From Callorhinchus milii (taxonomy: Eukaryota), in the NCBI RefSeq assembly GCF_018977255.1, contig NW_024704742.1:134852001-134916000 (forward strand): a DNA stretch of 64,000 nt. The letters are read 5' to 3'. Each line of letters begins with the position of its first letter. Position 1 is the stretch's first letter. Positions 63,391 through 64,000 of this stretch are shown piece after piece. The translations under genes and the position numbers were made by a program. The notes below the pieces were generated by a model. The model searched no databases and had not been told where the DNA came from. It saw nothing but the letters and a program-made list of their open reading frames with translations.

Positions 63391-64000
63391 CAACAACAAC
63401 AACAACAACAAGATTCCATTTATAAAGCGCCTTTCACGGCAGGAGGACGTCCCAAGGCGCTGCACAGTTGGGTCATGACCCGAGCAGGGAGGAAATGGTC
63501 AGGGTGAGGGGAGGGAAGGGAGGGAGCAAGGAGGGGGGAAATGGTCAGGGTGAGGGGAGGGAAGGGAGGGAGCAAGGAGGGGGGAAATGGTCAGGGTGAG
63601 GGGAGGGAAGGGAGGGAGCGAGGAGGGGGAAGAGAGTCGAGAGGGGAGCTGAAGGCACGGTCAAAGAGAAAGGTTTTGAGACCGGCCTTGAAGGAGGAAA
63701 GGGAGGAAGCGGCGAAGGCAGTGGGGGATGGAGTTCCAGAGCCTGGGGCTGAGAGGCTGAAGGCCCGACCACCGATGGTAGGGCGGTTGGGGCGGGGGAC
63801 GTGGAGCAGACCAGAGCCAGAGGAACGGAGGGTACGGGCAGGTAGGTAGGGGGATAGTAGGTTGGAGAGGTAGGAGGGAGCAAGGCCGTGAATGGCCTTG
63901 TAGGTGAGGATGAGGATCTTGAATTCGATCCTCTGGGGGATGGGGAGCCAGTGGAGGCGAGCGAGGGTGGGAGTGATGTGGTCGCGAAGCCTGGGGCGGG
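63391..64000 (-). mobile_element. L2 3' end, well preserved, running off the window
   Basis: (aac)n tail, stem-loop region and CpG-rich ORF2 C-terminus (LHWLPIPQRIEFKIL..). Confidence 0.92.
63491..63629. repeat. Three copies of a 46-bp G-rich tandem repeat in the L2 3' UTR
   Basis: aaatggtcagggtgagggg begins at 63493, 63539 and 63585. Confidence 0.9.

Overview
This is repeat-rich vertebrate genomic DNA. The repeat landscape suggests a cartilaginous fish, possibly a holocephalan such as elephant shark (inferred, not verified). The only host protein-coding sequence I can support is the last two coding exons of WDR7 (rabconnectin-3 beta) on the minus strand, at 58266-58370 and 54164-54367. About 54 kb downstream of WDR7 is intergenic, and 58371-64000 is intronic. 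Much of the window is non-LTR retroelement debris: a tRNA-Ala-headed SINE (about 30 copies or fragments, with a young short subfamily), a Deu-domain SINE, L2 LINE fragments with two tail types, CR1 3' ends, Penelope-like fragments and an unclassified A-tailed repeat. Unique blocks between the repeats are candidate regulatory elements. I found no new multi-gene system, and nearly all ORFs in the supplied track are spurious or repeat-derived. The most interesting signals are fine-scale: locally templated insertions and fold-back palindromes, a SINE subfamily whose tail has switched to an L2-type tail, and a mirror arrangement of repeats in a WDR7 intron. Repeat boundaries are read by eye and are approximate.
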